Source: Octopus vulgaris
Lineage: Eukaryota
Reading direction: 5' to 3'
Assembly (NCBI GenBank): GCA_951406725.2
Contig: OX597842.1
Location: 434,001 to 498,000, forward strand
DNA: 64,000 nucleotides
Notes under the pieces: generated by a model
Seen by the model: the letters and a program-made list of their open reading frames with translations, nothing else
What the model was told of the DNA's origin: nothing
Databases searched by the model: none
Translations under genes and position numbers: made by a program
Part shown: positions 14,492 through 27,974 of the stretch, piece by piece
Position numbering within the stretch: the first letter of the stretch is position 1
Layout: the number at the start of each line of letters is the position of its first letter

Positions 14492-14822
14492 TAAGGTGGC
14501 GAGCTGGCAGAATCATTAGCAAAGGCAGTGAGCTGGTAGAATCGTTAGCACAATGGGCGAAATTCTTAGTGGTATTTCGTCTGCTGTTACGTTCTGAGTT
14601 CAAATTCTGCCGATGTCGACTTTGTCTTTCATTCTTTTGGGGTCGATTAAATAAGTACCAGTTACGCACTGGGGTCGATGTAATTGACTTAATCCGTTTG
14701 TCTCTCCTTGTTTGTCTCCTCTGTGTTTAGCCCCTTGTGGGCAGTAAAGAAATAGGTTTTTCATCAGCTGTTATGTTCTGAGTTCAAACTCCGCCGAGGT
14801 CGATTTTGCCTTTCATCCTTTC
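14492..14822 (+). mobile_element. SINE family B with duplicated head and partial second unit
   Basis: Same head and core as the 10496 array, preceded by (TAT)n. Confidence 0.8.
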
Positions 14823-14844
14823 ATATGCTTTTAACATGCCCTTC

Positions 14845-14963
14845 AACTCAACATCCAGGAACTCAGGCATCCCAAATTAAAGAAGGATTTACAACCAAAA
14901 GCCCTACCATACATCTCCACATACAACCCACTCAACGATGAAGCCTTCAACACCATCCTCCAA
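14845..14963 (+). pseudogene. Small Penelope-like ORF fragment
   Basis: Translates …QELRHPKLKKDLQPKALPYISTYNPLNDEAFNTILQ, homologous to KILPYISTHNPKNIEAYTTIIQ in the element at 1-866. Confidence 0.7.
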
Positions 14964-15624
14964 AAGAATAAGTCCTGTGGTTGATTTCTTCGACTAAAGG
15001 CAGTGCTCCAGCATGGCCGCAGTCAAATGACCGAAACAAGTATAAGAGTGACAAGCTAGCAGAATCATTAACTCACTGGATGAAATGCTTAGTGATATTT
15101 CACCTGTCACTGCATTCTGAGTTCAAATACTCCTGAGGTCAACTTTGCCTTTCGTCCTTTCAGGGTCAATGAAATAAATACCAGTTGAGCACTGGGGTCA
15201 GTATAATTCACTTTCTCTATACCATTAACTTTTTGGCCTTTGTGAGTGGATTTGGTAGATGGAAACTGAAAGAAGCCCATCATATATAATATATATATAT
15301 ATATATATATTGTGATTGTGTGTGTGTGTTTGACTCCCCCCACCATTCCTTGACAATAGGTGTTGGTGTGTTTACTTCCCCGTAACTTAATAAGATAAAT
15401 AGAATAAGTATTAGGCTTACAAAGAATAAGTACAGGGGGTGATGTTTGTCCCACCAAAATCTCAGGTTTTGCACCCATGGTAGAAACAATTATAATTAAG
15501 GTGATGAACAGGTAAAATTCCTAGAATGCTGGAGAAAATGCTTGGCAACATTTCTCGACTAAAGGTGGTGCTCCAGCATGGCGGCCACAGTCAAATGATT
15601 GAAACAAGTAGAAGAAGAGTAAGA

Positions 15625-15666
<42 letters not shown>

Positions 15667-16067
15667 CATCATCATCATCATTTAGCATCCACTTTCCATG
15701 CTGGCATGGGTTGGACAGTTCAACTGGGTTCTGGGAAGCCAGAAGGCTGCACCAGGCTCCAGTCTGATCTGGCAATGTTTCTACAGCTGGATGCCCTTCC
15801 TAACGCCAACCACTCCACGAGTGTAGTGGGTGCTTTTTACGTGCCACTGGCACAGGTGCCAGACGAAGTCGGCAAATGGCCACGGCTGGATGGTGCCTTT
15901 TATGTGCCACCGGCACAGTGGCCAGGCGAAGCTGGCAATGGCCACGTTTGGATGGTGCTTTTTACATGCCACCGGCACGAGGCCAGTCGGGGCGGCGCTG
16001 GCAACGGCTTACGTGCCATCGGCACTGGTATCACAGCTACAATTTCCATTGATGTCGATCGATTTCG

Positions 16068-16105
<38 letters not shown>

Positions 16106-17589
16106 TAGATAGACAGATATCTTTATATGTTTATATGTGAGTGTCCCATTGCATGGCACCTTGTGAGTGGATTTGGTAGACAGAAACTGAAAGAAGCCCA
16201 TCGTATATATACATATATACATGTATGTATGTATGTATATATCTGCGTGTTTGTGTCTTTGAGTCTGTTCTAGTCCCCACTCATCATTGCTTGACAACCG
16301 GTGCTGGTGTATTTATGTTCCTGTAACTTAGCAGTCCAGCAAAAAAAAACAAAAACTGATAGAATAAGTACTAGGCTTAAAATAATAAAAGTCCTGGGGT
16401 CGACTGCATGACTAAGATCCATCAAAGTGTTGTTCCAGAATGGCTTCAGTCAAATGAATGAAGCAAGTACAAAAAAAAAAAAAATTAAATTAATTAGTCA
16501 TAAATTTTCTACTAAGCAGACACATTCATTATTCCAGTAATTAGTTATTACTTTTGATTAATTTTTACTATTTGGAATGAAAATAAACTGAGAAAATAAT
16601 TCTTCATCCAACAAAACAAACAAAAACAATACATCCTATTCTAAAAACAACAAACAATATGTCCTCTTCACGACCATAAGCTAACATGGTGATGCTATAT
16701 TTATGCTTTAAATCAAAGAATAATCTTTTTCTCAAAGAATCTTGGCACTTTTATTAAATTCCAATGAGAAATTATATCGTCTGCACTTAAATTTGCACCT
16801 AAAACCACTGATTTCTGCAGTTAAAAGTTGCATATAAAAATATGAAGTGAAGAAGTGCAGTTTAGTGGTCAGGGTTTTGGCCCCAGCGTCGCCTTATTGG
16901 CACTTGTGTCCTGTGCTAGAATGGTGCTAAGAGCACCATCTGAGCGTGATCGTTGCCAGGCAGCTAACTGGATTCCATGTCGGTGGCATGTAAAAGGCAC
17001 CATTCGAGTGTGATCGTTACCAGCATCGCCTTATGGGCACTCGAGTCCCGTGCTAGTAGGATGTTAAGAGCCCATCTGAGTGTGGTTGTTGCCAGAGTGG
17101 CTATCTAGCTTCCATGCTGGTGGCACGTAAAAGGCATCATTCAAGCATGATCGTTACCAGCGTCACCCTACTGGCACTTGTGCTGGTGGCACGCGTAAAA
17201 ACATTCGAGCAAAGTTGTTGCCAGTACTGCCTGACTGGCCCCCATGCCAGAGGCACATAAAAGGCACTATTCGAGCGTGATTGTTACCAGCGTGGCCTTA
17301 TTGGCACTGGTGCCGGTGGCACGCGTAAAAACATTCGAGCGAGATTGTTGCCAGTACCGTCTGATTGGTCCCTGTGCTGGTGGCACGTAAAAGCACCCAC
17401 CACACTCTCGGAGTGGTTGGCATTAGGAAGGGCATCCAGCTGTAGAAACACTGCCAGATCAAGATTGGAGCCTGGTGCAGCCATCTGGTACCCCAGCCCT
17501 CAGTCAAACCGTCCAACCCATGCTAGCATGGAAAGGGACGCTAAACGACGATGATGATGATTGTAAGGACATGAGGATGATTTCTGGTA

Positions 17590-18110
17590 GTACATTATGT
17601 CCTTGAGCAAGACACTTTATTGTATGTCGCCCCAGGGTACTCAGCTGATAAAAACTAGTTGTACCTGTAATTCTAAGGATCAGCCTTGTCACATTGTGTC
17701 ATGCTGATTCTCCTTAAGAACTATGTTAAGAGTATAAGTGTCTGTGGAGTACTCAGCCACTTGCACGTTAATTTCTGTGGAGTACTCAGCCACTTGCACG
17801 TTAATTTCTGTGGAGTACTCAGCCACTTGCACGTTAATTTCTGTGGAGTACTCAGCCACTTGCACGTTAATTTCTGTGGAGTACTCAGCCACTTGCACGT
17901 TAATTTCTGTGGAGTACTCAGCCACTTGCACGTTAATTTCTGTGGAGTACTCAGCCACTTGCACGTTAATTTCTGTGGAGTACTCAGCCACTTGCACGTT
18001 AATTTCTGTGGAGTACTCAGCCACTTGCACGTTAATTTCATGAGGAAGGTTTTCCATTGATTGGATCAACTCCGACCCACATCATCGTAACAGATGGCAT
18101 GCCAGTTATA
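17590..18110 (+). mobile_element. SINE family D copy with internal 33-bp expansion
   Basis: gtccttgagcaagacacttt…gagaactatgttaag…gtaacagatgg. Other copies at ~54015-54210, 55030-55300, 56015-56310. Confidence 0.75.
17742..18038. repeat. Perfect 33-bp tandem repeat x9
   Basis: (ctgtggagtactcagccacttgcacgttaattt)9 with no spacers. Confidence 0.97.
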
Positions 18111-18274
18111 AAAAAATCTGACTTTTTTTACTTTATGCCATGCCACCCCTTAAATTACTCTGGCAAATGTAATTTCTTATTTTTTCAGGTTGTTTCAAGT
18201 TGACCGTGCATCATTTCATAGCTTCGAGATTTCAATGATGTGATTGTACAGGACGACTGCTAGAAAAGCTGAAG

Positions 18275-18306
<32 letters not shown>

Positions 18307-19302
18307 TGTTTAACGTCTGCTTTCCATGCTAGCATGGGTTGGACGATTTTGATTGAGGGCTGGCGAACCAGATGGCTGCACCAGGCTCCAATCTTGATTT
18401 GGCAGAGTTTCTACAGATGGATGCCCTTCCTATGCCAACCACTCCGAGAATGAAAGAACAAAAGAAAGGAAGAAAGAAAGAATTAGAAAGAAAGGAAGAA
18501 GGTAACAAATGAATGAAGGAAATTTATCAAAGAAATTCTTAGAAAATTGGCTGAAATTTCAAGATGGGAGACTAAGAAGCAAGAATCTTACATAATATCT
18601 TCTTGGGGGTGCTTTTTACGTGCCATCAGCACGGGGGCCAGTCAGGCGGTACTGGCAACAACCTCGCTCGAATCTTTTTACACATGCCACCGGCACAGGT
18701 GCTAGTAAGGTGACGCTGGTAATGATCACGCTCGAATGGTGCTGTTTTACGTGCCATTGGCACGGAGGCCAGTCAGCTGCTCTGGCAACGATCACGCTCG
18801 GATGGTGCTCTTGGTACCCTACATGCATGGGCACAAGTGCCAGTAAGGTGACGCTGGTAACGATCACACTCCTGAAGGCAAAACTAACAAGCATTAATTA
18901 GATTAATTAGATTGCCGATAAACTGTATGAGGGGTGGTTTCTGATTGGTTGTTTCTGTTGCTCAATGCACACATAATCATAACAAGCAGAGATGTCGTAG
19001 GCTTCTGAGTAAACGAAACAGTTCTGTTACTTGTTTCAGTCATTTGACTGTGGCCATGCTGGAGCACCGCCTTCAGTCGAGCAAATCGACCCCAGGACTT
19101 ATTCTTCGTAAGCCTAGTACTTATTCTATCGGTCTCTATCGCCGAACCGCTAAGTTACGGGGATGTAAACACACCAGCATATTTACTCTTTTACTTGTTT
19201 CAGTCATGTGACCGTGGCCATGCTGGAGCACTGCCTTTAGTCAAGCAAATTGACTCCAGGACTTATTCTTTGTAAGCCTAGTACTAATTCTATTGGTCTT
19301 TT

Positions 19303-19975
19303 CTGTGGTGGACGCAATTGAAAAGGTTGAAGATGGATACCTTCCTCTTCGGCCAAGGCCTTATTAAGTTTTTCAGGTTCGACCTGCAAAGGAAAGTGAG
19401 GCTGGAGGAGGGGGTACTGTCACCCTGTAAGTTTGTTGAAAGGCAGACGAATGTGACAGATGAAGAATGCCCCATGTGAATGGCCCTAAACTAAGTGTTC
19501 ATCTGAAGGCTGGATGGAATGCAGAAAAGAGGGGTGCCTACTTGAGGTGCCTTTGGTTTTAAGGGTTTTGGCCGAAGAGGGAGGTACCCATCTTCAACCC
19601 TTTCAATTGCGTCCACCACAGAAGAAGCCAATTGAATAAGTACTGGGCTTCCAAAGAATAAGTCCTGGGATCGATTTGCTCGACTAAAGCCGGTGCTCCA
19701 GCATGGGCACAGTCAAATGACTGAAACAAGTAAAAGATTAAATATGCTGGTGTGTTTATGTCCCCGTAACTTAGAGGTTCGGCGATAGAGACCGATAGAA
19801 TAAGTACTAGGCTTACATTGGATGGTTTTAAGGGTTTTAAGTGTGTAAGGTTTCTTTGGTCATCTCTCAGTGGAACTTATCCCTTTGAGGAAGTACCAAA
19901 CTGGTTTAATCTCCTTGTCCCTTGTCTGTGTATTGTCCCTTATGTCATGTTTCCAGCCCTGGTAACCAATAAAGA
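19303..19975 (+). mobile_element. Probable L1/Tx1-like LINE 3' end, interrupted by an inverted insertion
   Basis: WWTQLKRLKMDTFLFGQGLIKFFRFDLQRKVRLEEGVLSPCKFVER resembles Tx1 ORF2 C-termini (pattern recall). AATAAA at ~19967. Confidence 0.45.
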
Positions 19976-20224
19976 AGGCATTATCATTCTTATGATTATT
20001 ACACAAAACAAAGCACCTTGGCGCTCCACCAAACCCCCCAAGAAGATATTATGTAAGATTCTTGTTTCTTAGTTTACCATCTTGAAATTTCAGCCAATTT
20101 CTAAGAATTTCTTTGATAAATTTCCTTCATTCATTTGTTACCTTCTTCCTTTCTTTTTCATTCTTTTTTCTTTCTTTTCTTTCGTTCTTTCATTCTTTCT
20201 TTGATCATTTCATTATAATTTCTT

Positions 20225-20267
20225 ACATATATACACACACATACATATATACATAACCATAAATTTG

Positions 20268-20304
<37 letters not shown>

Positions 20305-20340
20305 AATTAAAATGTATATATATATATAAATATATATAAA

Positions 20341-20374
<34 letters not shown>

Positions 20375-21267
20375 ATATATATTTTATAGATACATACACA
20401 CATATTCATATGTACATACAAACATACATACATATATATATATATACATATATACATATATATATATTTATATACATACATATATATATATATACATACA
20501 TACACACACACATATATATATATATACATATATCTATATCTATATATATATATATATATCTATATATATCTATCTATCTCTCTCTCTATATATATATATA
20601 TGTATGTATACACAAACACACACATACATACAGACACACACATATAAATACATAGATATATATTCACATGTATAACACACATACACACATACAGGTACAC
20701 AGTCCACATGTATGTCTATATATATATATATGTGTGTGTATGTGCCTATGTGTGCGTGTATTTATAAACATACACACACACACACATTCATATGTATGTA
20801 TATCCTTTTAAACCATTATTAACAATTCCATAGTTATACGGAAGAAGAACAACGACAGAATCGGTAAGCAGCCTGCCTGCTGTTGTGTTGGAACCAAAGC
20901 CAATTAGAAAGACATTTAGTGGAGAACGACAATGAAACAGCAAAAGAGAAAGAATGGCAGAAGATTCTGGAATGTTTCAGTCTTGGAAAAATGTGAAGAA
21001 ATAAAAATGAGATGGAAAATGGAAAAGGATTTTCAAAAAAAAAAAAAAAAAAAAAAAAAAGACAAATAAAAGTGGAAAAAAAAATATCCTGAAGAATTTT
21101 GCAAGAAAATTTGTCATGTGTTAATATAAAGTTCCACTGTTATGTCTTTTATATGGTTAGCCAAACATTATAGCTTTTGTGTGTGTGTGTGTGTGTGTGT
21201 TTGTGTAAGAGAGGGAGAGAGAGAGAATATGTGTTTATACAAACGTGTAGACATAATACCTATGCGC

Positions 21268-21339
<72 letters not shown>

Positions 21340-21432
21340 ATTTATGTATATACAAATATATATATTTATATTTAAGTATGTATATATATATGTATAAATA
21401 TTCATATAAATGTATATATATATATGTGTATG

Positions 21433-21463
<31 letters not shown>

Positions 21464-21646
21464 TCAAATTTATGTATATACAAATATATATATTTAAGTA
21501 TGTATATATATGTATAAATATTCATATAAATGTATATATATGTGCATGTATATGTATATATGTATATATATATATATTCAAATTTATGTATATACAAATA
21601 TATATATTTAAGTATGTATATATATGTATAAATATTCATATAAATG

Positions 21647-21683
<37 letters not shown>

Positions 21684-22005
21684 GCAATTATATAAATATG
21701 GATGCATACATATATATATGTACATGTATGTATACATATATGTGTGTATATATATATGCGTATATACATACATATGCACACATGTACATAGAAACATATT
21801 TATGCAGGTGAAAATACTCACGCGTATGTGTATAAATATATGTACATGTACACATTCACACACAAACATATATACAAATATATTAACATACATACTTACA
21901 TATAAGCATGTGTATGTGTGTATATACACATAAGCATATATACAAATATATTAATACACACACACATATTCAATATATATACTTATACATACATAAATAC
22001 ATACA
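20225..22005. repeat. (TA)/(CA) microsatellite field, including a ~115-bp unit triplicated at ~21335-21655
   Basis: ttcaaatttatgtatatacaaata recurs three times. A short unique island lies at ~20800-21175. Confidence 0.85.
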
Positions 22006-22006
22006 T

Positions 22007-22531
22007 AGGCGCAGGAGTGGCTGTGTGGTAAGTAGCTTGCTTACCAACCACATGGTTCCTGGTACTACTAGAGCCTCAGGCCGAGCAAAGCTTTGTGAGT
22101 GGATTCGGTAGATGGAAACTGAAAGAAGCCCATTGCATATATGTATGTGTGTGTATATGTTTGTGTGTCTGTGTTTGTCCCCACCAATATCGCTTGACAA
22201 CCAATGTTGGTGTGTTAGCAGTTCGGCAAAAGAGACCAATAGAATAAATACTAGGATTACAAAGAACAAGTCCTGGAGTCAATTTGTTCAACTAAAGGCG
22301 GTGCTCCAGCATGGCGACAGTCAAATGACTGAAACAAGTAAAAGAGTATATATACATACATATATAGGCGCAGGAGTGGCTGTGTGGTAAGTAGCTTGTT
22401 TACCAACCACATGGTTCCGGGTTCTGTCTTAATGCATGGCACCTTGGGCAAGTGTCTTCTACTATAGCCTCGGGATGACCAAAGCCTTGTGAGTGGATTT
22501 GGTAGACGGAAACTGAAAGAAGCCCGTCGTA

Positions 22532-22580
<49 letters not shown>

Positions 22581-22783
22581 TTGTGTGTCTATGTTTGTCC
22601 CCCCACCATTGTTTGACAACCGATGCTGGTGTGTTTATGTCCCCGTCACCTAGCAGTTCGGCAAAAGACATCAATAGAATAAGTAATAGGCTTACAAAAG
22701 AATAAGTCCCGGGGTCAAGTTGCTCGATTAAAGGCGGTGCTCCAGTTAGGCCACAGTCAAATGACTGAAACAAGTAAAAGAGT
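22007..22783 (+). mobile_element. Two head-to-tail SINE family A copies
   Basis: Heads at ~22007 and ~22366, each with a tail. Confidence 0.9.
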
Positions 22784-22844
22784 ATATATACATATATATA
22801 TATACATACATATACACACACACATACATACATACATATACATA

Positions 22845-22975
22845 CATCATCATCATCATCATTGTTCGACCATGGTCGAGACAATGGAATTTACCATGCT
22901 ACGCCAGACTTCATGATCCATCATGGCATTACGGAGGTCCTGTTGCTGGATGCCTGTATCCCTGGAGAACGTGAT
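22845..22975 (-). mobile_element. LINE (RTE-like) extreme 3' end
   Basis: Minus strand reads SRDTGIQQQDLRNAMMDHEVWRSMVNSIVSTMVEQ* immediately followed by (GAT)n. Confidence 0.7.
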
Positions 22976-23187
22976 CAGAGACAGGACCCGGCAAAGCAGG
23001 GGCTGGACCTATATCCGCAGGTATACCATTGGGTCTGGTTCCCTGGGGAAGAGGAACCCTGGTGCAGTTAATTGTAAATTCCATAGTCTATTCAAATGGC
23101 TAATAATGTGTGCGCGCGCCACTACTACACACATTGGAAAGCATTGTACAACCAAGTACTTGTAGTGATGCTACTGTGTAGGGTTCA

Positions 23188-23265
23188 GCGCGCATGCGCA
23201 GAATGGGACTACTTCCGGGTGGCCACCGGAAGTCTTCCCCATGCGCATGTGCGGGAAACGTTCCC
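23188..23265. promoter_or_regulatory. CpG-rich imperfect palindrome with NRF1-like and ETS motifs
   Basis: GCGCATGCGCA…ACTTCCGG-g-TGGCCA-CCGGAAGT…TGCGCATGTGCG, followed by the hairpin GGGAAacgTTCCC. CCAAT lies at ~23307. Confidence 0.45.
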
Positions 23266-24247
23266 TTAGGCCCGCCAAACTCAAATCCTCCTCTCTGGCA
23301 AGTCAGCCAATGCGATCGGACGTACATTCCACAGGCTCTGGGCACCTAACAAACACCATCCGATCGTGGCCGTTCGCCAGCCTCATCTGGCACCTGTGTC
23401 AGTGGCACATAAAAAAGCACCATCCGAGTGTGTCCGTTCTGCCAGCCTCGTCTGGCACCTGTGTCGGTGGCACAACAAAAAACCATCCGAGCGTGGCCGT
23501 CTGCCAGCCTCGTCTGGCACCTGTGTCGGTGGCACAAAAAAACACCATCTGAGCGTGGCCGTCTGCCAGCCTCGTCTGGCACCTGTGTCAGTGGCACATA
23601 AAAACACCATCCGAGCGTGGCCGTCTGCCAGCCTCGTCTGGCACCTGTGTCGGTGGCACAAAAAAAACACCATCCGAGCGTGGCCATTCGTCAGCCTCGT
23701 CTGGCACCTGTGTTGGTGGCATATAAAATCACCCACTACACTCTCGGAGTGGTTGGCGTTAGGAAGGGCATTCAGCTGTAGAAACACTGCCAGATCTGAC
23801 TGGCCTGGTGCAGCCTTCGGGCTCCCCAGACCCCAGTTGAACCGTCCAACCCATGCTAGCATGGAAAGCGGACGTTAAATGATGATGATGATGATGATAT
23901 ACACACACATCTCTGTGTATATGCTGCTCTAAGTATGATATTCCTATTCATATTTAATATTAGTGACCCCTACCTGGCCAAACATGTTCAACATCGTTAA
24001 TATTCTATCATAAATCTACAACAACAGCAATAGCAACAACAAACTAAAGCTGATATGAAGTAGGAGGGAAAGTAGTGATCACATCATGCTAGAAATAGCA
24101 GCTAAATGTCCTTCAAATGAAATGCTGTGTTTCAGTAATTGGTAACGTCAACAGGTCTTTGAATGCAACAGCTCTATAGAGGGATGATGGTCAAGGCGGG
24201 AATGTCATTGATTATTTGTCGGCTTCCTCTGGGAGCACCTTGGCTAA

Positions 24248-24792
24248 ACACCGCCATCACTAGAGACTATGCCACCACCGTGATCACCACCACCACCACC
24301 ACCACCATCACCATCACAACCGCCACTGTAAGCACAAATGCAACCACCAATGCTACTACCACCATAACAACCAGTGTCACCACCACCACCACCACCACCA
24401 TTGCCACCACCACCACCATTGCCACCACCACCACCATTGCCACCACCACCGTCGCCGCCACCACTGCCACCACCACCACCGCCACCACTACCACCACCAC
24501 CACCCCCACCAATACTGTCGCCGCCACCACCACCTCCACCACTACCACCATTACCACTGTCACCATCACAACCACTGCTACTATCACTACAACCACAACA
24601 ACCACCACAAGCACCACAGCCACCATCACCATCACCACCACCATAACAACCAATACCGTAACCACCACCACTACCGTCACCGCCACAACAGCCACCACCA
24701 TCACAACCACCACAGACACTACCACAATCACCAGAACCACCACGAAAGCCACAACTACCACCACCACCATCAGTAGAACCACCATCATAACC
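24248..24792. repeat. Degenerate (CAC)n tract
   Basis: Directly visible. Gives poly-Thr/Pro/Gly/Val pseudo-ORFs. Confidence 0.95.
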
Positions 24793-25121
24793 CCCCCTGT
24801 CCATCCTGAGTGCTATACATGTGGAGTCGGCAGCGGCCGAGAGATGTGTGTGTGTGTGTGTGTTTAGAATGAGAGATAAATAGAAAGATCAACAAATAGA
24901 TATAAAGATAAATAGAAAGATAGATAGATACATACATACACATGGAAACGGTGACAAAATATTCCCTTCTCTTCAGAATATACCAACATGGTGTGTAGTA
25001 CGGTGTGGGGTGGGGGAGGGGAATATTTGGTGAATAGGAAATGAAAACAGGTGGGATATATAGCTGATGGATATATATATATATATATATACACATATAT
25101 ATGTATGTATGTCTATCAATA

Positions 25122-25152
<31 letters not shown>

Positions 25153-25383
25153 TTAGAATGAGAGATAAATAGAAAGATCAACAAATAGATATAAAGATAA
25201 ATAGAAAGATAGATAGATACATACATACACAAGCTGAGACAGAGAGATAGATAACTAGAGAGAAAAGTCCGCCATCTATGTAACTTTCTCGTCTCTGTGT
25301 CTAAATCTATCTATCTATCTATCTGTCTATCTGTATATAGAGTTCGATAGATAGATAGATAGATAGGGTGGAATGGGCTTATA

Positions 25384-25438
<55 letters not shown>

Positions 25439-25555
25439 ATATATATATGTGTGTGTGTATGTGTATATATATATATATATATAAATGTATGTACGTGTGT
25501 ATATATATATATGTATGTTTGTATGTATATATATGTCTGTGTGTGTATGTATATG

Positions 25556-25588
<33 letters not shown>

Positions 25589-26109
25589 ATATATCTATAT
25601 ATGTATGTATGTATACACACACACACACAAGTAAATATATGTAAATATGAAATATATATATATATATATATATGAATAATATATGTATACATATTTCTGT
25701 ATAGAAAATATACACATATATACACATGTATATACATTCATATAAAGACAGGAAGAGAGCAGGTTGTTCTGTTGCTTGCTTTTATGACAAAACATTTTAT
25801 TTCTGTTGCAAAAATAATGTCTAAAGGTAGGGAGGGGGTGTGGCGGTGATTGGAGCAGGGTGGGGACAGCGTCTTTATATTTTGTGGTTTTGGGGTTTTA
25901 TGTCATCTTCTAAATGGCTTTTTTTGGTTATGACCAAACTTTTACTGTCTGTCGTTGCCGCAGAACACATGAAATGGTAAATCCTATTCCAAACAACAAC
26001 CACAATAATGATACTGATAATAACAACAACAACAACAGCAACAATAATAATAATAATAACAATGGTTATATCTGACACAAGGCTAGCAATGTTGAGGTGA
26101 GATAGTTAA

Positions 26110-27108
26110 TCAATAATAATAATAATAATAATAATAATAGTGATAATAATAATGATAATAATAATAATGATAATAATAATGATAATAATAATAATAATAA
26201 TAGTAATAATAATAATAATGATGATGATGATGATGATAATGATAATGATGATGATGATGATAATAATAATAATAATAATAGTAATAATAATAATGATGAT
26301 GATGATGATGATAATGATAATGATGATGATGATGATAATAATAATAATAATAATAGTAATAATAATAATGATGATGATGATGATGATAATGATAATGATG
26401 ATGATGATGATAATAATAATAATAATAATAGTAATAATAATAATGATGATGATGATGATGATAATGATAATGATGATGATGATGATAATAATAATAATAA
26501 TAATAGTAATAATAATAATGATGATGATGATGATGATAATGATAATGATGATGATGATGATAATAATAATAATAATAATAATAATAATAGTGATAATAAT
26601 AATAATAATGATAATAATAATAATAATAATGATAATAATAATGATAATAATAATAATAATAATAATAATGATAATAATAATGATAATAATAATAATAATA
26701 ATGATGATGATGATGATGATAATAATAATAATAATAATAGTAATAATAATAATGATGATGATGATGATGATAATGATAATGATGATGATGATGATAATAA
26801 TAATAATAATAATAGTAATAATAATAATGATGATGATGATGATGATAATGATAATGATGATGATGATGATAATAATAATAATAATAATAATAATAATAGT
26901 GATAATAATAATAATAATGATAATAATAATAATAATAATGATAATAATAATGATAATAATAATAATAAATAATAATAATAATGATAATAATAATAATAAT
27001 AATGATAATAACAATAACAACAATAACAACAATAATAATAATAATAATAATATTAACAATAATAGTAATAATAATGATGATGATGATGATGATGAAAATA
27101 ATAACAAT
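26110..27108. repeat. (ATA)/(ATG) trinucleotide array with ~75-bp higher-order unit
   Basis: The block gta(ata)n(atg)n-ata-atg-ata-(atg)n(ata)n recurs regularly. Confidence 0.95.
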
Positions 27109-27271
27109 ATTGAAGGAAGTGTACCGAAGTTAAGAAGCGGAATATGTCTTCTTTATTCCAATATAAGACCTTGAGTTACTTTCTTCTTGGAACAATTATG
27201 GTTTGGGTTAGTGTCCTGGAAGGCAATAAGTAATTCCAAGTTATAAAGTAATACCAACTTCTGTCACAATA

Positions 27272-27662
27272 CTAGCAATATCGCCCGGCGTTGCTCGGGT
27301 TTGTTTTGACCCTTTAGAATTGGAATTTTTGAAAAGTAAAAATTTTGCATTATGTAGCTTGTTATTCTCTTTAAGTGAACATTTTTCTGGTTGAAATACA
27401 CTGAAAAATGGCGACACAGCAGTAAAAAAATCGTAAAAAATAGGGATTTTCATAGAAAAAAAGCACCTTTTTGATGTAAATAATTTTTGGTGTTAACATG
27501 GTCCGATTTGAATTTTTCTTCTATGGAAGGAAGAGCAAACCTTCTTGTATCATACTCTCAATTTTGGTCAACTTGTGCCACAGGGTCTCGGAGGAGATAG
27601 TGTAAGTTGAAGGCTACCAAACCTGCCATACACAGACAACTTCAGCTTTATATATATAGAGA
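27272..27662 (-). mobile_element. Non-autonomous Helitron
   Basis: Minus strand: 5' TCTCTATATATATAAAGCTG…, 3' hairpin cccgagcaacgccggg then CTAG. Inserted between A and T with no TSD. Confidence 0.8.
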
Positions 27663-27974
27663 TTAGGATGATGTCATAGTCACATGACGTATGACTGAAG
27701 ATGCTTCAGTATAAAGGGGCTTAATGGAGGACATTCAGCCAAACCATAATAATAATAATGGTTCCATATTTTGGTACAAGGCCAGCAATTTCGTGGTTGG
27801 GGGATGAGTCAAATACATCAACCCTAGTAGTCAATTGGTACTTAGTTTATCGACCCAGAAGGGATGAAAGGCAAAGATTGACCTCTGTGGAATTTGAACT
27901 CAGAATGTAAAGACAGATGAAATACCGCTAAGCATTTTATCTAGTGTGCTAATGATGTCTGCCCAGTCCTGGCT

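Noticed and set aside
17742-18038. CRISPR-like 33-bp repeats
   Set aside because: Units are contiguous with no spacers, lie inside a SINE, and there are no cas genes; the context is eukaryotic.
23346-23878. Overlapping repetitive Cys/His/Arg-rich ORFs
   Set aside because: Arise from ~60-bp tandem units in the RTE 3' UTR.
24163-24867. Mucin-like Thr-rich 234-aa ORF
   Set aside because: Degenerate (CAC)n tract open in several frames on both strands, with no splice or domain support.
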